DNA of 64,000 nucleotides, from NCBI GenBank assembly GCA_963823035.1, contig CAWGKG010000010.1, positions 192,001 to 256,000 on the forward strand, read 5' to 3'. The notes under the pieces are model-generated. The model did not search any database and had not been told where the DNA came from. It saw only the letters and a program-made list of their open reading frames with translations. This document shows positions 59,934 to 64,000 of the stretch, piece after piece (position 1 is the first letter of the stretch; the number at the start of each line of letters is the position of its first letter). The translations under genes were made by a program, and so were the position numbers. This DNA is from an uncultured Gemmatimonadales bacterium. Its GTDB lineage: Bacteria; Gemmatimonadota; Gemmatimonadetes; Longimicrobiales; Gaopeijiaceae.

Positions 59934-61399
59934 GCGCGCACCAGCTGCGGACGCTCGTCCAGCACGGTCAGGACGAGCTCACCGAAGAGCGTGTTCGCCC
60001 AGGCGAACCACGAGCGGGTGAAGTCGGCGGGGTTGTCCTTGTGGAAGGACTCGTGCATGAACCCGGTCCCGGCGTCGGTGTGCGACAGCGTGCGAAGCAC
60101 GTCGGCGATCTCGGTGTCGGAGGTGCTCGTGAGCGCCTGCATGATGAGCCCCAGGTGCCAGATGCGGTCCGGCCCGGCGTGCGGGCCGCCCACGCCCTCG
60201 GCGGCGCTGCCCCGGAAGAACCAGGGATCGTGCTCCGAGAGCACGAAGGAGCGCGTGCGCAGGTAGAGGGGGTCGTCCTTCGCGCACACGCCGAGGTAGG
60301 GGAGGGAGAGGAGGCTCGGCACGTTGGCGTCGTCCATGTGGAGGCGGTTGCCGAACCCGTCCACCTCGTACGCCCACACCATGCCCAGGTCCGGGTGACG
60401 GACCCGGGCGTACGTGGCGAGCGCACCCTCCACCTCGTCGGCGAGCGCGCGGCAGCGCACGGCGAAGGCCGCGCCCAGTCCCAGCGGCTCGGCCATGTCC
60501 GCGAGCTGGCGCAGCGACACGACCGCGAAGTGGTTCGAGGGGACGAGGAAGGGGAAGATCGTGGCGTCGTCGGACGGCCTGAAGATCGACACGATCATCC
60601 CCACCGGCCGGATGGGGTTTCCGTAGCCGCCACCGGCGACGGTGTCCGTCTGCCACCCCGTGACGCGCTGGAACTTGTAGGGCCCGTGGCCGTCCTTGCG
60701 CTGCTGCTCGACGAAGGTCTCGAGCACGAGGCGCATCGCCTCCCGCCACGCGTCGTCGAAGGGCGAGGCGTCGCCCGTGAGCCTCCAGTAGCGATGCGCC
60801 AGGCGGATGGGATAGCAGAGCGAGTCGACCTCCCACTTCCGCTCGTGCAGCTCCGGCTTCATGTCGGTGAGGTCGTCCTTCCAGGGACTCTCGGCCGGCT
60901 CCTTGTAGAAGGCGTTCGCGTACGGATCGACGAGGATGCAGCGCGTCTGCCGGTTCACCACCCCCGCGACCAGGCGGCGCAGCTCCCCGTCGTCCGCCAT
61001 GAGCGGGAGGTACGGCCATACCTGGGCGCTCGAGTCCCGCAGCCACATCGCGTCGATGTCGCCGGTGATGACGAAGGTGTCGGGGCGGCCGTCCACCTCG
61101 GAGAAGTCGACCGTGGTGTCGAGCGTGTTCGGGAAGCAGTTCTCGAAGAGCGACGCGAGCTTCGGGTCCGCCACCTCGCGCCGGACGCGCTCGATGGCGC
61201 GCTCGACGGCTTCGCTCGTGAAGCGCCGCTCGGCGAGCGGTGGGCGCCCGCCGCGCTCCTGGCGACGGCGGAGGGTCGGCGCCGCCGCGGCGTCGACGAT
61301 CGGGCCCAGGCCCACGGCCGCACCGCCCAGCGTGGCGGCGGCGCGGCGCAGGAACGCCCGGCGGTCCGGATTCGCGTCGGAAGAGGGTGCGCGGGCCAT
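59930..61399 (-). CDS. GH125 exo-alpha-1,6-mannosidase with Tat signal
   Basis: DRRAFL Tat motif; NCFPNTLDTT, ITGDIDAMWLRDS, ERKWEVDSL, MDDANVPSLL, FTRSWFAWAN. Confidence 0.95.
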   Translation of the reverse strand: MARAPSSDANPDRRAFLRRAAATLGGAAVGLGPIVDAAAAPTLRRRQERGGRPPLAERRFTSEAVERAIERVRREVADPKLASLFENCFPNTLDTTVDFSEVDGRPDTFVITGDIDAMWLRDSSAQVWPYLPLMADDGELRRLVAGVVNRQTRCILVDPYANAFYKEPAESPWKDDLTDMKPELHERKWEVDSLCYPIRLAHRYWRLTGDASPFDDAWREAMRLVLETFVEQQRKDGHGPYKFQRVTGWQTDTVAGGGYGNPIRPVGMIVSIFRPSDDATIFPFLVPSNHFAVVSLRQLADMAEPLGLGAAFAVRCRALADEVEGALATYARVRHPDLGMVWAYEVDGFGNRLHMDDANVPSLLSLPYLGVCAKDDPLYLRTRSFVLSEHDPWFFRGSAAEGVGGPHAGPDRIWHLGLIMQALTSTSDTEIADVLRTLSHTDAGTGFMHESFHKDNPADFTRSWFAWANTLFGELVLTVLDERPQLVRA

Positions 61400-61406
61400 G
61401 GGTCGC

Positions 61407-62393
61407 CTATCGATACGGATCGTCGGTCGCGAGGTGGTGCTCCACGTAGTCCGCCACGCCTTCCTCGACGGTGCGGAAGGGCCGGTCGTACCCTGCGGAC
61501 CGCAGCCGACCCATCTCCGCCTGCGTGAAGTACTGGTAGCGGTCGCGGATCTCCTCCGGCGTGTCCTTCCACGCCACCTCCAGCTCGTGGCCCACGGCGG
61601 CGTACAGCGCACCCATGAGCTCGAGCCACGTCTGGGCGCGGCCGGTGCCGAGGTTGTACAGGCCGCTCGCGGGCTGGTGGTCCATGAGCCAGAGCATCAC
61701 GTCGACGCAGTCCTTCACGTAGACGAAGTCGCGCTTCTGGCCCCCGTCCGGATAGTCGGGGTGGTGCGAGCGGAAGAGGGTCGCCGGCTCCCCGCGCGCG
61801 GCCGCGGGATAGGCGCGTGTCACGACGCTCATCATCTCGCCTTTGTGGTACTCGTTGGGGCCGTAGACGTTGAAGAACTTGAGCCCGTACCAGTGGCGCG
61901 GCGCCGGCCCCTTCCCGCCGACCTGGCGGACCACCCAACGGTCGAAGACGTGCTTGCTCCACCCGTAGGCGTTCATCGGCACGAGCCGGGCGAGCGCCTC
62001 CGCGGCGTTGTCGTCGTCGAAGCCGGCGGAGCCGTCGCCGTACGTCGCCGCCGAGGACGCGTAGATCAACGGCACGCCGTGCTGCGCGCACCACCGCCAG
62101 AGGCGCTGCGACAGCCGGATGTTCGTCTCGGCGATGAGGTCCGCGTCCGTCTCCGTGGTCGCGGAGATCGCGCCCATGTGCACCACGTGCGTGATGTCGT
62201 GCACGCGGCGGTGGAGGAATTCCTCGACGCCGTCCGGGTCCACGAGCTCGTCGAGCTCGCGCCGACGCAGGTTCTTCCACTTGTCGTCTCGGCCGAGCCG
62301 GTCCACGACCGAGACGGGGCCCCGTCCCGCCTCCTGGAGGCCGGCGACGAGATTCGAGCCGATGAAGCCGGCTCCTCCGGTGACGACGATCAT
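61407..62393 (-). CDS. hldD: ADP-L-glycero-D-manno-heptose 6-epimerase
   Basis: VTGGAGFIGSN, HMGAISAT, YASSAATYG, YGWSK, FFNVYGPNEYHKG, YQYFTQA. Confidence 0.93.
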   Translation of the reverse strand: MIVVTGGAGFIGSNLVAGLQEAGRGPVSVVDRLGRDDKWKNLRRRELDELVDPDGVEEFLHRRVHDITHVVHMGAISATTETDADLIAETNIRLSQRLWRWCAQHGVPLIYASSAATYGDGSAGFDDDNAAEALARLVPMNAYGWSKHVFDRWVVRQVGGKGPAPRHWYGLKFFNVYGPNEYHKGEMMSVVTRAYPAAARGEPATLFRSHHPDYPDGGQKRDFVYVKDCVDVMLWLMDHQPASGLYNLGTGRAQTWLELMGALYAAVGHELEVAWKDTPEEIRDRYQYFTQAEMGRLRSAGYDRPFRTVEEGVADYVEHHLATDDPYR

Positions 62394-62530
62394 CGTCCTC
62401 CCCTTCCGTGGGTTCGCCCGAGGGCGTCCGAGCGCCTTAGTCTACCATCGCGAACGTTCCCGGGCATTCGACGCGACCACGCAGGTCCGGTCGGGGACGT
62501 GGAGGACCCCACGCAACGCGAGGCGCGCGC

Positions 62531-63679
62531 GTGTCCCTGACCGAACGCATCGATCACGCCTGCCGGGAGTGCGCCGGCGCGGCCGTGATCCTCTCCGCCA
62601 ACCCGATGCACGACACGGGCGGCGGGCAGCGCGGCGCGCAGCTCGCCCTGGAGCTGCTCGAGCGCGGGTGGTGCGTGGTGTTCGTCGCCCACGGAGAGGT
62701 CACCGAGACCGTCGACCTGGGGTTGCGCTTCGACCATCCCAGGCTGGTGGAGCTGCCGCTCGCGACCGCGGGCTCCCGGGAGGGTCGGAAGGCCCTGCGC
62801 GGCCTCGACGCCGCGCCTCGTCGCCTCGTGGTGACGCAGGTGCCGGTCTCCGGGTGGCTGCGCGTGCTCGGCGACCTGGAGGACCAGGGCGCCGTGGTCG
62901 TCTACGACCTCGTCGACCGGTGGGACTCGGAGCTGGGCCGGGGTTGGTACCGCGCCCGCACCGAGCGGAAGATCGCTGCTTCGGCGGACGTCCTGGTGGC
63001 GTCGGCGCCCTCGCTCGTGCGTGACCTGGAGGCGGCGACCGGCCGCCGTGTGCACCTCCTTCCGAACGCCTTCAACGCCGGCGTCTTCGACCCGGACACG
63101 TCGTATCCCCGGCCGCCCCGGCTTCCCGAAGCGGGGCGCGTGGCGCTCTACGTCGGCGCGCTCTGGGGCGGGTGGATGGACTGGGCGCTGGTGCGCCGCC
63201 TGGCGTCCGAGCTCTCCGACACGCGCTTCGTCTTCGTCGGCGACCACCGTGGCGAGGGAGCGGACCTGCCGGCGCGCTGCGTCTTCACGGGGCTGGAGCC
63301 GCAGACGGCGCTCCCGGCCTACCTGGCCCACGCGGACGTGGCCTTCCTTCCGTGGGTGGCGGGGCCGGTCACGCAGGCGACGAGCCCGCTGAAGGTCTAC
63401 GAGTTCCTGGCGATGGGGCTGCCCGTGGTGTCGCCGGACATCGAGCCGGTCCGTGGGCTGCCCGGTGTGACCGTCGCGGCGGGCGCGGACGACTTCGTGC
63501 GGGCGCTGGCCGCGACGGGGCGTGCGAACCTCGCGCCGGAAGTCCGCCGGGCGATGCGCGCGCATGCGGTGGACAGCTCGTGGTCGGCGCGCGTGGATCG
63601 GCTCCTCGCCCTCGTCGCGGAGCACCGCGCGCCGGCGGACGTCAGCGCGGCGTCCAGCGAGCCGAGAGGGAGACATTGA
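62531..63679 (+). CDS. Glycosyltransferase, GT-B fold (GT4-like)
   Basis: GGQR, YDLVDRW, PNA, YVGAL, SPLKVYEFLAMGLPVVS, SWSAR. Confidence 0.85.
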   Translation: MSLTERIDHACRECAGAAVILSANPMHDTGGGQRGAQLALELLERGWCVVFVAHGEVTETVDLGLRFDHPRLVELPLATAGSREGRKALRGLDAAPRRLVVTQVPVSGWLRVLGDLEDQGAVVVYDLVDRWDSELGRGWYRARTERKIAASADVLVASAPSLVRDLEAATGRRVHLLPNAFNAGVFDPDTSYPRPPRLPEAGRVALYVGALWGGWMDWALVRRLASELSDTRFVFVGDHRGEGADLPARCVFTGLEPQTALPAYLAHADVAFLPWVAGPVTQATSPLKVYEFLAMGLPVVSPDIEPVRGLPGVTVAAGADDFVRALAATGRANLAPEVRRAMRAHAVDSSWSARVDRLLALVAEHRAPADVSAASSEPRGRH

Positions 63680-64000
63680 GGTTCCAGAGGTCGTTGCGGT
63701 TCACGAAGTAGCGGTTCAGCTCCCGCGACAGCACCCCGCCCACGCCCACCTCGACGTCGTCCACGAAGACGAGCGCGCCCCCACCGACGTCCAGCGACAC
63801 GTCGTGGCAGCAGAAGCCCGCGTCGTTCTGCGCCGCCCACACCCAGTAGGCGTCGTTGTCGTGGACGCGTCGCTCCACGAACAGCTCGGCGCGACCCCAC
63901 GGCGCGTAGAGCCTGGCGTCCAGGTGCTGCCCGTTTCCGCCCGGCCCGAGCGAGGCACCCAGCACCTGCCCGCGCTGCGTGTAGCCGGGAGGCACGGCCC
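63642..64000 (-). CDS. C-terminus of an outer-membrane beta-barrel, capsule assembly Wzi-like (partial)
   Basis: GYTQRGQVLGASLGPGG motif, amphipathic strands, ends in ..SARW; runs off the window edge. Confidence 0.6.
   Translation of the reverse strand, partial: AVPPGYTQRGQVLGASLGPGGNGQHLDARLYAPWGRAELFVERRVHDNDAYWVWAAQNDAGFCCHDVSLDVGGGALVFVDDVEVGVGGVLSRELNRYFVNRNDLWNLNVSLSARWTPR

Noticed and set aside
1..64000. CRISPR arrays, tRNA/rRNA, transposases, integrases, defence systems
   Set aside because: No spaced direct repeats, cloverleafs or relevant protein motifs seen.

Overview
Very GC-rich, gene-dense bacterial chromosomal window (about 46 CDSs). The gene content, especially the PadR/duplicated-permease expansion and many secreted peptidases, suggests Gemmatimonadota or Acidobacteriota; this is inference. 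I saw no rRNA, tRNA, CRISPR, IS or prophage. Roughly a third of the genes carry 1-nt indels, often compensated, which looks like uncorrected long-read error rather than decay. Contents: four PadR + ATPase-less duplicated MacB/FtsX permease (ADOP-type) modules; seven secreted peptidase-type hydrolases (M20, M49, M28, CocE/S15, three S9); a YfiR-like protein with a hybrid kinase; NamZ; a ComD/ComE-like decarboxylase pair; a MatB-like ligase with MadLM; a GH13 enzyme; an HD-GYP regulator; and a hldD-GH125-GH92-GH2 operon. Two observations stand out. (1) Two probable selenoproteins are hidden from the ORF track: a lipoprotein peroxiredoxin-like protein with YRGYW-U-PWC, and an FmdB-type zinc-ribbon protein ending CGSGGFT-U-AS. 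Each UGA is followed by a GGU-loop SECIS-like hairpin at almost the same spacing (loop at +22 and +21). (2) The four PadR-permease modules split into two classes in which regulator subfamily, permease N-terminal prefix and upstream motif co-vary, suggesting cognate membrane-sensor/regulator signalling pairs rather than plain transporters.
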